Shown in pieces: positions 19,037-31,100 of a stretch of DNA of 44,522 bases. The position numbers were made by a program, and so were the translations under genes. The stretch is from Candidatus Eiseniibacteriota bacterium (GTDB lineage: Bacteria; Eisenbacteria; RBG-16-71-46). The notes below the pieces were generated by a model. That model searched no databases, was not told the origin of the DNA, and saw only the letters and a program-made list of their open reading frames with translations. The DNA is taken from NCBI GenBank assembly GCA_044222065.1, contig JBGAOA010000037.1, forward strand, positions 1 through 44,522, read 5' to 3'. Within the stretch, counting starts at the first letter, position 1, and every line of letters starts with the position of its first letter.

Positions 19037-20008
19037 ATGAATCGAGCGAAGCAGTGGATCCTCGCGGCCGTGCTGACGGTCGCGCTGCCGTGCGCGGCCG
19101 AGGCCGCGCTCATCGAGTACCACCAGGACTTCGAGAGCCTGCTCATCTCGAGCCCGAGCGCCCTCAGCGGCGACGGCTGGGTCGTGTTCGGGAACGTCTA
19201 CACGCCGGCCCACGTGTACCTCTATGGCTACGGCACGTTCCCCGCGCCGAACGGCGGCAGCGCCTTCAGCGACATCGATTCGGGCCAGGGCGGCGCCGGG
19301 CAGGGCGCGCAGCAGCTCGCCATCTACAGCGACTACAACAACGGCGACCACGCGAACGGGAACCTGGTCGAGTCGAACGTCTTCCACGAGCAGACGATCG
19401 GCGCCGGCGACGTCGGACAGATCTGGCGGTTCCAGTTCGACGCGAAGCGCGGCAATCTCGTGTCGCCCTCGACCGCGCTCGCCTTCATCAAGACGCTCGA
19501 CCCGAACGCGGGCTACGCGACGACGAACTTCCTCACGTACGAAACGACGGCGCTGCCGACGACGTGGGGTACGTTCACGATCACGATCACGATCACGCCG
19601 GCGCTCGTCGGCCAGCTGCTGCAGTTCGGCTTCTCGAACACGGCGACGCTCTACCAGTCGTCCGGCATCTTCTACGACAACGTGCACTTCTTCTTCGCCG
19701 GGAACGCGGGTGTCGGCGACGGCGTCGCGGCCGCGCTGGCCCTGAGCCCCGCGTCTCCGAATCCGTTCCACGAGAGCACGCGCCTCGATTACTCCGTCGC
19801 GACGGCCGGGTTCGCGGACGTGAGCGTGTTCGACGTCGCGGGCCGTCGGGTCGCGACCCTGTTCCGCGGCGCCGTCCAGCCCGGCGCGCACACGGCGTTC
19901 TGGGACGGACGGGACGCGGGCGGCCGCCTCGCTCCGGCGGGCGTGTACCGCGCCGTGCTGCAGACGGGTTCGGGCCGCGAGACGCGCGGCATCGTGCTCA
20001 GCCGCTAG
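19037..20008 (+). CDS. Secreted beta-sandwich (putative carbohydrate-binding) protein with FlgD-Ig/T9SS-like C-terminal domain
   Basis: GGGAGG RBS; signal peptide ending AEA; DFE...FYDNV jelly-roll-like ends; SPNPF...WDGRDAGGR...GVY. Confidence 0.75.
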   Translation: MNRAKQWILAAVLTVALPCAAEAALIEYHQDFESLLISSPSALSGDGWVVFGNVYTPAHVYLYGYGTFPAPNGGSAFSDIDSGQGGAGQGAQQLAIYSDYNNGDHANGNLVESNVFHEQTIGAGDVGQIWRFQFDAKRGNLVSPSTALAFIKTLDPNAGYATTNFLTYETTALPTTWGTFTITITITPALVGQLLQFGFSNTATLYQSSGIFYDNVHFFFAGNAGVGDGVAAALALSPASPNPFHESTRLDYSVATAGFADVSVFDVAGRRVATLFRGAVQPGAHTAFWDGRDAGGRLAPAGVYRAVLQTGSGRETRGIVLSR

Positions 20009-20018
20009 ATTCGTGCAG

Positions 20019-20046
20019 GCGGACCCGCTCGGAGCGGGATTCCGCG
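20019..20046 (+). other. Intercistronic hairpin immediately before the RBS of the lipoprotein gene
   Basis: GCGGACCCGCTC-G-GAGCGGGATTCCGC inverted repeat abutting GGAGG 20046-20050. Confidence 0.4.
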
Positions 20047-20056
20047 GAGGGACGTG

Positions 20057-21415
20057 ATGGCGGTGAGAGCGTCGTGCCGGGCGGCCGTGGCCGCCGGACT
20101 GCTGCTCGTGGCCGGGTGCGCGAAGCACGAAGGCGTGCTCGCGCCGACGATCAAGGACCCGGACGTTTACGCCGACGGGTTCGGGTCGAACGTGGACTTC
20201 CAGGCCTTCCTCGGTTCGAAGCTGGACGCGCTCGCCATCGACTCGACCGTGACGCACTCGGGCTCGACCTCGATCCGCATCACCGTCCCTCCGCCCGGCG
20301 ACCCGAGCGGCACCTACGCCGGCGGCGCGTTCACGACGAGCCGCGCGCGCGACCTGTCGAGCTACGACGCGCTGACGTTCTGGGCGCGCGCCGACCACGC
20401 GATCACGTTCAACGTGCTCGGACTCGGCAACGACAACACCGGGAAGTCGAAGTACGAGACGAAGTGGCAGAACGTCGCGGTCGGCACGGACTGGGCGCAG
20501 TACGTGATCCCGCTGCCCCTGCCCTCGCGGCTGCGCGACGAAAAGGGCCTGTTCTTCTTCGCGGAAGCGTCGGAAGCCGGGCAGGGCGCGACGGTGTGGT
20601 TCGACGACATCGCGTTCGCGAACCTCGGCACGATCGCGAATCCCAGGCCGCGCATCCCGACGCTGTCGCTCTCGCCCGACGTCGGGTCGTTCGTCTCGGT
20701 GCCCGGCACGCAGGTGACGTTCGCGGTGGACGGCGTGGACCGCACGCTCGACCTCATGCAGGGCTACTTCACGTTCGCCTCGTCGGCCGACACCGTCGCG
20801 GTCGGCGGCGAGGGCACGATCCAGGTCACGGGACTCGGCACGGCCACGATCCACGCCTCGCTCGGCGACGTGGCCGCGACCGGCACGATCACGGTGACGC
20901 CGAATCCGGCGCCGCAGACGGCCGCGCCGACGCCGGCCGTGCCGGCCGCGAACGTGATCTCGCTCTTCAGCAACGCCTACACGAACGTTCCCGTGGACAC
21001 GTGGTCGGCGACCTGGGACATCGCCGAAGTCTCCGACGTGCTCGTGGCAGGGAACGCGACGAAGAAGTACACGGCCCTCGTCTACGCCGGCGTCGAGTTC
21101 ACGGGCACGCACGCGCTGAACGTCGCGGCGATGACGCACTTCCACCTCGACGTGTGGGCCGCGACCGGCACGCTGTTCAAGGTGAAGCTGGTGGACTTCG
21201 GCGCGAACGGCATCTTCGGGGGCGGCGACGACAAGGAGCAGGAGCTGACGTTCCATTCGGCGTCGACCCCGCCGTTCGGTACGATGGCCTGGAAGAGCCT
21301 CGAGATCCCGATGACGTCGTTCACGAACCTCACCACGCGGGGCCACGTCGCGCAGTTGATCCTGTCGGGCGATGTCGGCACCGTGTACGTGGACAACGTC
21401 TACTTCCACAACTGA
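20057..21415 (+). CDS. Lipoprotein with two CBM-like (galactose-binding fold) domains flanking an Ig-like domain; putative glucan-binding protein
   Basis: Lipobox LVAG-C; RDLSSYDALTFWARA...VWFDDI; Big_2-like FASSADTVA...GTATI; second domain ends VYVDNVYF; no catalytic motif recognised. Confidence 0.7.
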   Translation: MAVRASCRAAVAAGLLLVAGCAKHEGVLAPTIKDPDVYADGFGSNVDFQAFLGSKLDALAIDSTVTHSGSTSIRITVPPPGDPSGTYAGGAFTTSRARDLSSYDALTFWARADHAITFNVLGLGNDNTGKSKYETKWQNVAVGTDWAQYVIPLPLPSRLRDEKGLFFFAEASEAGQGATVWFDDIAFANLGTIANPRPRIPTLSLSPDVGSFVSVPGTQVTFAVDGVDRTLDLMQGYFTFASSADTVAVGGEGTIQVTGLGTATIHASLGDVAATGTITVTPNPAPQTAAPTPAVPAANVISLFSNAYTNVPVDTWSATWDIAEVSDVLVAGNATKKYTALVYAGVEFTGTHALNVAAMTHFHLDVWAATGTLFKVKLVDFGANGIFGGGDDKEQELTFHSASTPPFGTMAWKSLEIPMTSFTNLTTRGHVAQLILSGDVGTVYVDNVYFHN

Positions 21416-21426
21416 ACGGAGCGCCC

Positions 21427-22707
21427 TTGTCCCCTCGCAACGATCCCCGCAACGAGCGCGGCGCCGCGCCGCGCCGCGCCGCCGCCGGCGAGGACGCCGT
21501 GCGGGCGCGCCCGCTGGCCGATTCGGTGCTGCGCCTGATCTGGCACGAGCGCACGATCTCGCGCGCCGAGATCGCGCGGCGCGCCGACCTGTCGCGCTCG
21601 ACCGTCTCGGAGGTCGTGAACGTCCTGCTGCCGACGGGTCTCGTCACCGAGGGCGGCCCCGGGGAATCGCTCGGCGGGCGGCGCCCGATCCTGCTGCATT
21701 TCGAGGACGAGGCGTGCGTGATCCTCGGCGTCGAACTCGGCGCCTCCCACCTCGCCGTCGCGCTCACGGACCTGCGCGGACACGTCCGGCACTGGGAGCA
21801 CCGCACGCATCCCGTGCGGACCGACCCGGCGGGAACGCGAAGGCTCGTGAACGACGTGTGCGCCGCGATCCTCGCGCGCGAGCGCGGGGCGGCGAAGCGC
21901 CTCGTCGGCATCGGCGTCGCGGTGCCGAGCCCGGTGGATCCGCTGAAGCCGTTCGCGCTCTCCGAGGTCGTGCTGCCGGCGTGGAAGGGCGAGAGCGGGC
22001 TCGAATCACTCGGCGAGCGCTTCGGCGTGCCCGTGCTCGTGGACAACGACGCGAACCTCGGCGCGCTCGCCGAGTACTGGTGGGGCGCGGGCAGAGGCGT
22101 CAAGGACTTCGCGTACGTGAAGGTCGGAACCGGCGTCGGCTCGGGCCACGTGATCGGCGGCGAGCTCTACCGCGGCTCGACGGGCTTCGCGGGCGAGATC
22201 GGACACCTGTCGATCGATCCGAACGGTGAGCCGTGCGTGTGCGGCCTGCGCGGCTGCCTCGCGACGCACGTCGGCTCGCCCGCGCTCGTCAAGCGCGCGC
22301 GCACGCTGCTCGCCGAGTTCCCGGGCAGCATGCTGCAGGGCTCCGAGATCACGATCACCGCGATCGAGGCGGCGGCGCTCGCGGGCGACGCGCTCGCGCT
22401 GCGCGTCGCGCGCGAGGCGGCGGAAATTCTCGGCGTCGCGGTCGCCGGCATGCTCAACCTGATGAACCCGTCCGTCGTCATCGTCGGCGGCGGCATCACG
22501 GGTCTCGGCGAGCGGTTCCTGGAGCCCCTGCGCGAGACCGTGATCGCGCGCACGCGCGTCAGCTCGCCGGCGCACGCGACGATCGTCATGAGCGAACTCG
22601 GGCCCCAGTCGGTGGCGGTCGGCGCCGCGAGCCTGGTCTTGAAGGAGGCGCTCGCGAATCCGCGCCTCTTCCCCGGTCCTCCGCGCGCCGTGAAGGCCCT
22701 GCGGTGA
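21427..22707 (+). CDS. ROK-family transcriptional repressor (XylR/NagC-like)
   Basis: wHTH ISRAEIARRADLSRSTVS, GGRRP, VDNDAN, GEIGH, CVCGLRGC; start TTG 21427 or GTG 21499. Confidence 0.92.
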   Translation: MSPRNDPRNERGAAPRRAAAGEDAVRARPLADSVLRLIWHERTISRAEIARRADLSRSTVSEVVNVLLPTGLVTEGGPGESLGGRRPILLHFEDEACVILGVELGASHLAVALTDLRGHVRHWEHRTHPVRTDPAGTRRLVNDVCAAILARERGAAKRLVGIGVAVPSPVDPLKPFALSEVVLPAWKGESGLESLGERFGVPVLVDNDANLGALAEYWWGAGRGVKDFAYVKVGTGVGSGHVIGGELYRGSTGFAGEIGHLSIDPNGEPCVCGLRGCLATHVGSPALVKRARTLLAEFPGSMLQGSEITITAIEAAALAGDALALRVAREAAEILGVAVAGMLNLMNPSVVIVGGGITGLGERFLEPLRETVIARTRVSSPAHATIVMSELGPQSVAVGAASLVLKEALANPRLFPGPPRAVKALR

Positions 22708-23543
22708 AGCGCGCGCTCTCGCTCCTGCCCTTCGCGGCGCTGATCGTCGCGACGAGCTGCGAGGGCCCCGCCGCGATCCTCTCCACCGTGACGCCGCCGT
22801 CCTCTACGCCGACCGGCCGCCTGATCTGGGCCGACGAATTCGACGGTGCGGCCGGAACCGGCCCATCGGCCACGCGCTGGGCGTTCGACGTCGGCACGGA
22901 CTGGGGCAACGCGCAGCTCGAGTACGACACCGCCCGCCCGACGAACGTGTCGCTCGACGGAGGCGGGAACCTCGCGATCGTCGCGCGGCGCGAGAGCTAC
23001 CTCGGCTCGGCGTACACGTCGGGGCGCATCAAGACGCAGGGCTTCTACTCGCAGAACCGCGGGCGCTTCGAGGCGCGCATGAAGCTGCCGACGGGGCGCG
23101 GGATGTGGCCCGCGTTCTGGCTGCTCGGCTCCGACATCGGCTCGGTCGGCTGGCCGACGTGCGGCGAGATCGACGTGATGGAGTACCGCGGGCAGGAGCC
23201 CGGCGTCGTGCACGGCAGCCTGCACGGGCCCGGCTACTCGGGCGGTGGCGCGCGCACGAAGTCGTACGCGCTCGCGAACGGCGGGCGCTTCGACGCGGGC
23301 TTCCACGTGTTCGCGGTCGAGTGGAAGGCGAACCAGATCACCTACCTCGTGGACAACGTTCCCTACCAGGTGCTGACGCCCGCGAGCCTGCCGGCCGGTT
23401 CGCGCTGGGTGTTCGACCATCCGTTCTTCATCGTGCTGAACCTCGCCGTGGGCGGGAACTACGTCGGGGATCCGGACGCGAGCACGGCGTTCCCGCAGAC
23501 GCTGCTCGTGGACTACGTCCGGGTCTACCAGGTCGGCTCTTGA
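22704..23543 (+). CDS. GH16 endo-beta-1,3-glucanase (laminarinase-type), lipoprotein
   Basis: WADEFDG, YTSGRI, WPAFWLLG, WPTCGEIDVME, VDYVRVYQ; lipobox ATS-C; GTGA overlap with the ROK stop. Confidence 0.92.
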   Translation: MKRALSLLPFAALIVATSCEGPAAILSTVTPPSSTPTGRLIWADEFDGAAGTGPSATRWAFDVGTDWGNAQLEYDTARPTNVSLDGGGNLAIVARRESYLGSAYTSGRIKTQGFYSQNRGRFEARMKLPTGRGMWPAFWLLGSDIGSVGWPTCGEIDVMEYRGQEPGVVHGSLHGPGYSGGGARTKSYALANGGRFDAGFHVFAVEWKANQITYLVDNVPYQVLTPASLPAGSRWVFDHPFFIVLNLAVGGNYVGDPDASTAFPQTLLVDYVRVYQVGS

Positions 23544-25207
23544 GTCCGCGCCGCGCGCTCGCGTGCGCCGTCCTCGCGTGCGCGGCGCTCGTTCCGCTCG
23601 CGGCCTGCGCGCCCGAGCGTAAGCCGCTCCCGGCGAACGTGCTCGTCGTGTCGCAGGAGCAGACCGCGTCGTGGGTGCGCAACTTCAACCCGCTCTCGAC
23701 CGCCGCGGCCCCGCGCTGGCCGACGCTCGCCGGCGTGTACGAGCCGCTGTTCGTCTTCAACAGCGTGCGCTCCGAGCAGGTGCCGTGGCTCGCGATCGCG
23801 TACGAGTGGCGCGAGGGCAACCGCGTGCTGCGCGTGACGACGCGCGACTCGGTGCGATGGTCGGACGGCGAGCCGTTCGGCGCGCGTGACGTCGCGTTCA
23901 CGTTCGAGCTGCTCAAGCGCTTCCCCGCGCTCGACCGCCACGGCTGCTGGGGCTTCCTCGCCGGCGTGCGCGCGCTCGACGACCGCACGGTGGACTTCAC
24001 GTTCCAGCGCGTGTTCATTCCGGGCTTCGACGAAATCGCGGCGCAGCAGATCGTGCCCGAGCACGCGTGGAAGGACGTCGCCGATCCCGTGACCTATCCG
24101 AACGAGACGCCGGTGGCGACCGGGCCGTTCACCGAGGTGCGGTTCTTCCGCAGCCAGGTCTTCGAACTCGGCCGAAATCCTTACTACTGGCAGAAGGGCA
24201 AGCCCGCGATCGAGGGCCTGCGCTTCCCCGCCTATCCGTCGAACGACCGCGCGAACCTCGCGCTCGTGTTCGACGAGTCCGAGTGGGCGGGCAATTTCAT
24301 TCCCGCGATCGAGCGCGTGTACGTCGCGCGCGATCCCGAGCACCACGGCTACTGGTTCCCGCTCACGACGGGCGTCGTGTACCTGTACGCGAACACGACG
24401 CGCGCGCCGTTCTCGGACGTTCGCGTGCGGAAGGCGCTCAGCAGGGCGCTCGACCGGCCGCTCATGGTGGACGTCGCGTCGTTCGGCTACACGCATCCCG
24501 CGGACGCGACCGGCATGAGCGAGTCGTACGCCGCGTGGCGCGACTCGGCCGCGGCGGCCGAAGGCGACTGGGTGCGCTACGACCCCGCGCGCGCGAACGC
24601 GATCCTCGATTCGCTCGGCTTCGCGCGCGGCGCCGACGGCATCCGGCGGCTCGCAGACGGCAGGCCGTGGCGCTGGGACGTGCTGTGCGTGTCGGGCTGG
24701 TCCGACTGGGTGCGCGCCTCGCAGATCATCGCGCGCAACCTGCGCGCGATCGGCGTGGACGCGAGTGTGCGCACCTACGACTTCGCGGCGTGGTTCCAGA
24801 AGGTGCAGGAAGGCGACTTCGACCTGAGCATGGGCTGGTCCATCGAAGGCCCGCTGCCGTGGCACCTCTACCGCTGGCTCATGTCGTCGGCGACGATCAA
24901 GCCGCTCGGATCGCCGAGCCCCGGGAACTGGCACCGCTACTCGAGCCCCGCGGCCGACCGCGCGCTCGCGGCATTCGAGAGCGCGACCGATCCCGCCGAG
25001 CAGCGCCGCCTCGGCGCCGAACTCCAGCGGCTGTTCGTCGCCGAGGCGCCCGCGATCCCGCTCTTTCCGAACCCGTCGTGGGCCGAGTTCAACACGCGGC
25101 GCATCGTCGGCTTCCCCACGGCGGCCAATCCGTACGCCGATCCGTCCCCGAACAAGATGGAGCGCGGTGAGATCCTGCTGATCCTCACCGCACTCCGGCC
25201 GCGCTGA
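23540..25207 (+). CDS. ABC transporter family-5 substrate-binding lipoprotein (oligosaccharide-binding OppA/DppA type)
   Basis: Lipobox LAA-C; RNFNP, WSDGEPF..DVAFTF, TGPF, RNPYYW, DVRVRKA; TTGA overlap. Confidence 0.9.
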   Translation: MSPRRALACAVLACAALVPLAACAPERKPLPANVLVVSQEQTASWVRNFNPLSTAAAPRWPTLAGVYEPLFVFNSVRSEQVPWLAIAYEWREGNRVLRVTTRDSVRWSDGEPFGARDVAFTFELLKRFPALDRHGCWGFLAGVRALDDRTVDFTFQRVFIPGFDEIAAQQIVPEHAWKDVADPVTYPNETPVATGPFTEVRFFRSQVFELGRNPYYWQKGKPAIEGLRFPAYPSNDRANLALVFDESEWAGNFIPAIERVYVARDPEHHGYWFPLTTGVVYLYANTTRAPFSDVRVRKALSRALDRPLMVDVASFGYTHPADATGMSESYAAWRDSAAAAEGDWVRYDPARANAILDSLGFARGADGIRRLADGRPWRWDVLCVSGWSDWVRASQIIARNLRAIGVDASVRTYDFAAWFQKVQEGDFDLSMGWSIEGPLPWHLYRWLMSSATIKPLGSPSPGNWHRYSSPAADRALAAFESATDPAEQRRLGAELQRLFVAEAPAIPLFPNPSWAEFNTRRIVGFPTAANPYADPSPNKMERGEILLILTALRPR

Positions 25208-25211
25208 CGCG

Positions 25212-26195
25212 ATGCGCTACCTGCTCCAGCGCCTCGGGTTCTACCTCGTCGCCGCGTGGGTCGCGCTGACGATCAACTTCTTCCTGCCGCGCCTCATGCC
25301 GGGCGATCCCGCGACCGCGCTGTTCGCGCGCTTCAAGGGGCGACTCGCGCCCGAGGCGATCGACGCGCTGCGCGCGACGTTCGGGCTCACCCAGGCGCCG
25401 CTCCACCGCCAGTACCTCGACTACCTCGGCCACGTGCTGCGCGGCGACCTCGGCCTGTCGATCGCGTACTTCCCCGCCCCCGTCGCCGACGTGATCCGCA
25501 CCGGGCTCGGCTGGACGCTGTTCCTCGCCGGCACGGCGCTCGTCGTGAGCTTCGCGCTCGGCACTCTGCTCGGCATCGCGGCCGCGTGGTGGCGGCGCGG
25601 CTGGGCCGATCGCTGGCTGCCGGCGCCGCTCGTGTTCGTCGGCTCGTTCCCGTACTTCTGGCTCGCGATGGCGTCGCTCTACGTGCTCGGCTTCACGCTG
25701 CGGTGGTTCCCGCTCGGCCACGCGTACTCGGACGACGCGACGCCCGCCTGGAGCCTCGCGTTCGCGCTCGACGTGGCGCGGCACGCCGCGCTCCCCATGG
25801 GCACGATCGTGCTCGCGACGCTCTCCGGGTGGCTGCTCTCGATGCGCAACACGATGATCGCGGTGCTCGGCTCGGACTACGTGAACCTCGCGCGCGCGAA
25901 GGGCCTCGCGCCGTCGCGCATCGCGCTGCGGTACGCCGCGCGCAACGCGCTTCTGCCGAGCATCACGGGCTTCGGCATGGCGCTCGGCTTCGTGCTCGGA
26001 GGGTCGCTACTCACGGAGATCGTGTTCAGCTATCCCGGTCAGGGTTACCTGCTCGTTCAGGCCGTGCGCAACCAGGACTACCCGCTCATGCAGGGCATCT
26101 TCCTCGTCATCTCGCTCGCGGTGCTCGCGGCGAACTGGTGCGTGGACCTCGCCTACCTGTGGCTCGACGCCCGCACGCGGGAGCGCGGCGCGTGA
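25212..26195 (+). CDS. ABC transporter permease (OppB/DppB type)
   Basis: INFFLPRLMPGDP, GDLGLS, EAA-like DYVNLARAKGL, DYPLMQG. Confidence 0.92.
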   Translation: MRYLLQRLGFYLVAAWVALTINFFLPRLMPGDPATALFARFKGRLAPEAIDALRATFGLTQAPLHRQYLDYLGHVLRGDLGLSIAYFPAPVADVIRTGLGWTLFLAGTALVVSFALGTLLGIAAAWWRRGWADRWLPAPLVFVGSFPYFWLAMASLYVLGFTLRWFPLGHAYSDDATPAWSLAFALDVARHAALPMGTIVLATLSGWLLSMRNTMIAVLGSDYVNLARAKGLAPSRIALRYAARNALLPSITGFGMALGFVLGGSLLTEIVFSYPGQGYLLVQAVRNQDYPLMQGIFLVISLAVLAANWCVDLAYLWLDARTRERGA

Positions 26196-27126
26196 GCGGC
26201 GCGGGCGGCATCGGCGGCGGCGGGCTCGGCGCGTGGGCGAACGCCGTGCGGCGCGACCGCAAGGCCTCGCTCGGCGCCGCGATCCTCGCCGTGTTCGCGC
26301 TCGGCGCGATCGTTGGACCGTTCGTCGCCGGCGATCCGCTCGCGCTCGTCGGCATTCCGCTCCAGCCGCCGTCGGCCGCGCACTGGCTCGGCACGAACGG
26401 TCAGGGTCAGGACGTGCTCGCGCAGCTCGTGAGCGGCACGCGCGTCTCGCTCGCGATCGGCTTCGTCGTCGGCTTCGCGGTCGTACTCGCGGGCGCGCTC
26501 GTCGGCGTGACGGCCGGCTACTTCGGCGGGCGCACGGACGGCGCGCTGTCGGTGTTCTCGAACGTGTTCCTGGTGCTCCCCGGCATGCCGCTCGCGATCG
26601 TGATCGCCGCCTACCTGCCGTCCGGGCCCGCGACCATGGCGATCGTGCTGATCGTGACCGGCTGGGCGTGGAACGCGCGCGTGCTGCGCGCGCAGACGCT
26701 GGCGTTGAGAAGCCGCGACTTCGTATCGGCCGCGATCGTCGGAGGCGAGTCGAGTGTGCGCATCCTCTTGGTCGAGATCCTGCCGAACATGCTCTCGGTG
26801 CTCGTCGCTCAGTGGATCGGCAGCACCGTGTACGCGATCGGCGCGCAGGTGGGGCTCGAGTTCTTAGGCCTCGGCGACGTGTCGCGCGTCACGTGGGGCA
26901 CGATGCTCTACTGGGCGCAGAACGACTCGGCGCTCCTGACGGGCTCGTGGTGGACGTTCGTGCCCGTGGGCCTGTGCGTCGCACTCGTCGGCTTCGCGCT
27001 CACGATGCTCAACTCGGGCTTCGACGAGATCACGAACCCGCGGCTCGTCTTGGAGCGCGCGTGGCGCGGCCACCTCGCGCGCCGCGGGCGCGCGCCCGAG
27101 CGCTCGACGCCCGTCGTGAGGGACCC

Positions 27127-27130
<4 letters not shown>
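26192..27130 (+). CDS. ABC transporter permease (OppC/DppC type)
   Basis: HWLGTNGQGQD, RDFVSAA..GGES, EILPN, LEFLGLG; GTGA overlap. Confidence 0.9.
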
Positions 27131-28090
<960 letters not shown>

Positions 28091-28101
<11 letters not shown>

Positions 28102-31100
28102 AGTTCAAGTAGCTCCGGAACTCCCACTCGCTCCCGAGGACGTCGCCGCCCGCATCCGGGACGTAACGCGGGGAGTTCTGGTCGAGCGTGCGGTAGAGGC
28201 CGCGGATTCCGACGCTCGTCTGCGGCGTCGTCGAGAGCCAACGCGGGCCGCCGAGCGTGTAGGCGAGATCGGCCGAGTACTGCTTCGGGAACGTCAGGTT
28301 GAAGTCGCGGTGGTAGTCGTACGGGCCCCAGTCGCGGAAGCGCGCCGAGCCCGTGAACGCGACCGCGCGCCACGCGACGCGCGCCTCGGCGCCGTAGCGC
28401 TTGACGACGCGCGGGTTCTCGCCGTTCGGCTCGCCCTCGCCCACGAACATCGTCGCGGCGACGCGCGTCACGGGGCTCAGCCGCGACACGATGCGCCCGC
28501 GCAGCTCCCACAGGTCGCGCGGCGGCGTCGCGCCCGGGAACGCCTGCGGCGTCTGCGTCCACGGCTGCCCCGCGACGGGCTTCGGCACGTAGGTCGCGGC
28601 GTCCATCGTCGTCGGCAGGTGGCGGTGCACGAAGTCGAGGCTCGCGGCGAAGCGCGCGTCCTCGCGAACGTCGTTGTCCCACGCCCACATCCACGTCGCG
28701 GGCGTCGGGTCGTAGCCGATCAGCAGCTCCCAGCCCACGGTCTCGCGGTTCGAGCGCACGGCGAACGGGTCGCGCTGCACCTCGAGGTTGCGCGGCCGCG
28801 CGGGCGACGGCGCGCCCGCGGGGATCGGTCCGATGATGGGCTTCTGCCACAGGAAGTTCGGTGCGAGCTGCCACGGCCCGACGTTGTAGAGCAGGCCGGT
28901 GATGACGTTGTTCTGGTTCCCGGTGCCGACGTCCTTCAGGCTCCAGCCCGTGTACGTGAGCGCCGCCGTGGGTCCGCCGTCGGCGACGAGGCCCATGCGC
29001 GCCGCCTGCACGTACCAGTTCACGCGGCCGCGCTGGTAGTTGAGCTTGGCCTTCGCGCCGAACGCGTCGGACCAGTAGATCTCGTCGCGCCACACGGTGA
29101 TCGTGCCGTTCTCGTTCTTCACGTAGTCGAACGGCAGCCCGCCCTTGGTGCTCCCCGACCAGATGCCGCCGGCGGCAAGCGCGAACGGCCCGCGCGCGCC
29201 CTCGAGCGCGAGCGCCGCCTTGCGCGTCTTCGCGATCGGCAGCGCGGACGACGCCGAGGTCGTCGTGGACGACGTCGCGACGTCCTCCTGGTAGATCACG
29301 GTCGAGGTCAGCGCGCCGACGGGCCGGCGGTACTTCGCGATCACGGCCGGGTTCGCGCCCCACCACAGCTCCTGCCCGTAGGCGACCTTGAGCCCCTCGA
29401 ACTGGCGCTTGCCCGCGACCTCGAAGCCCACGGGCGCGTCGGCGTCGTACACGTCGGTGTTCGTGCCGTAGTAGGCGTCGCGGTAGAGCCCGAAGAAGTC
29501 GCCCTCGTAGCCCCAGTGGTAGTGGCCGGTGCGGTAGAAGCCCTCGAGCTGGAAGTAGCGGTCCTCCCACGACAGCGAGGCGTGGTGCACCTTCACGCGG
29601 TCGCCGCGCAGCGTCGCGACCGTGTAGTCCTCGCCGAGCACGCGCCGGTCCACGCCGCGCGACTCGTAGAAGATCTGGTTGATGGGATTCGTCGGCACGT
29701 GGCCGAGCACGTTCACCGACACCGTGCCCGTGACCTGGTCGGTCGGCCGGCCCTCGAAGTCGGCGTAGAACGACTGCAGCTTGTCGAAGCCGCGGAACGA
29801 CGGGATCTCGACCTGCGGCGACGACGCCGGCGGCGTCGTGACGTGCGTGCCGCCGGTGCCGACGGTCTCGAGCTGGAAGCGCAGCCCCGAGAGCCGCGCG
29901 CGCGCGTTGCTCGTCGCGGCCGCGCTCGCGCGGTCGCCGCGCGCTTCGAGCGTCGCCTGCACGGGGTCGATCGTCGCGAAGTGCGCGGCGATCGCCGCGG
30001 CGTCGGTCGTGCGCGCGTACGCCGGCAGCGCCCACGCGCGCTGGAGCACGTAGTAGGCGGCGCGCGGGTACAGCTCGTAGAGCCCGCGACCGTCGGCCGG
30101 CCCCTTCGCGCAGATCCCCCACCACTCCTCGTTCATGTTGTTCTCGCCTTCGACGAAGTCGTCCGTGAAGCCGCCGTCGGGCCACGACGCGTGCGTGTCG
30201 TGAACCTCGAGCCGGCTGTCCTGGCCGAACTTCCACCAGCCGTCGCTCCACTGGAACACGAACCCGCCGATCGCGTTCCCGACGCGCCCCTTCCCCGCGC
30301 TCTGCTCGTAGATCTCGCGCCACTGCCCGGCGAGGAAGCGGGCCTGCATCGTCTGGTCCTCGCGCTCGGTCTTCGCGTTGAACGCGTCGCATCCGAACTC
30401 GCTGAACACGACCGGGATGCCCATCGCGTCGTGCACGCGCTGGTAGAGGTCGCCGACCGAGACGCCGCGGTAGACGTTCGTGCCGAACACGTCGAGGCCC
30501 TTGCACTCCTCGGCGATGATGTCGAGGTACTGCAGGTCGCCGTTCGCCATCGCGACCGGACGCGTCGCGTCGGCGGCGTGGATCTTCGTGATGAGCGCGC
30601 CGAACAGCGAGTAGAGGCGGCGCGCGCGCGCGGCGTCGCGTTCGGCCTTCGGCAGCGCCTCGATCTCGAACGACTTCCACGACAGCCCGTAGTTGTTCTC
30701 GTTGCCGAGCAGCCACATCAGCACGCCCGGACAGTCGCGGTACTGCTCGATCGTCTTCATCACGTCGGCTTCGAGCGCCGCGCGCATCTTCGGGTCGGAG
30801 TAGTCGGTGACCGGGTACCACACGCCGTTCAGCGTGAAGCCGTAGCGGCCGACCGGGTGGTTGATCACGGTCCAGATGCCGTAGCGCTCGTAGATGTAGC
30901 GCACCCACTTCGCGGGAATGCCGTTGTACTGGCGGATCGCGTTCACGCCCATGCTCTTCAGCAGCGACATCTCGCGATCGAGCGCGGCGACGATCACGTC
31001 GTCCGGCTGCGAGAACAGGTCGAACATGTAGTTCTGGCCGATCGGGATGTAGTCCCAGTTCATGCCGCGCACGAAGAAGTCCTCGCCGCCGACTTGCAGC

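Noticed and set aside
19577..19598. ACGATC tandem repeat
   Set aside because: Encodes a TITITIT beta-strand in frame; too short to suggest a contingency locus
21436..21490. Short CGCAACGA direct repeat and GCCGC run near the ROK start
   Set aside because: Low-complexity GC-rich sequence with no spacer structure
18958..22707. 1249-aa ORF suggesting a giant ROK fusion
   Set aside because: Only the last ~420 aa are ROK; the rest is an off-frame reading over two real genes
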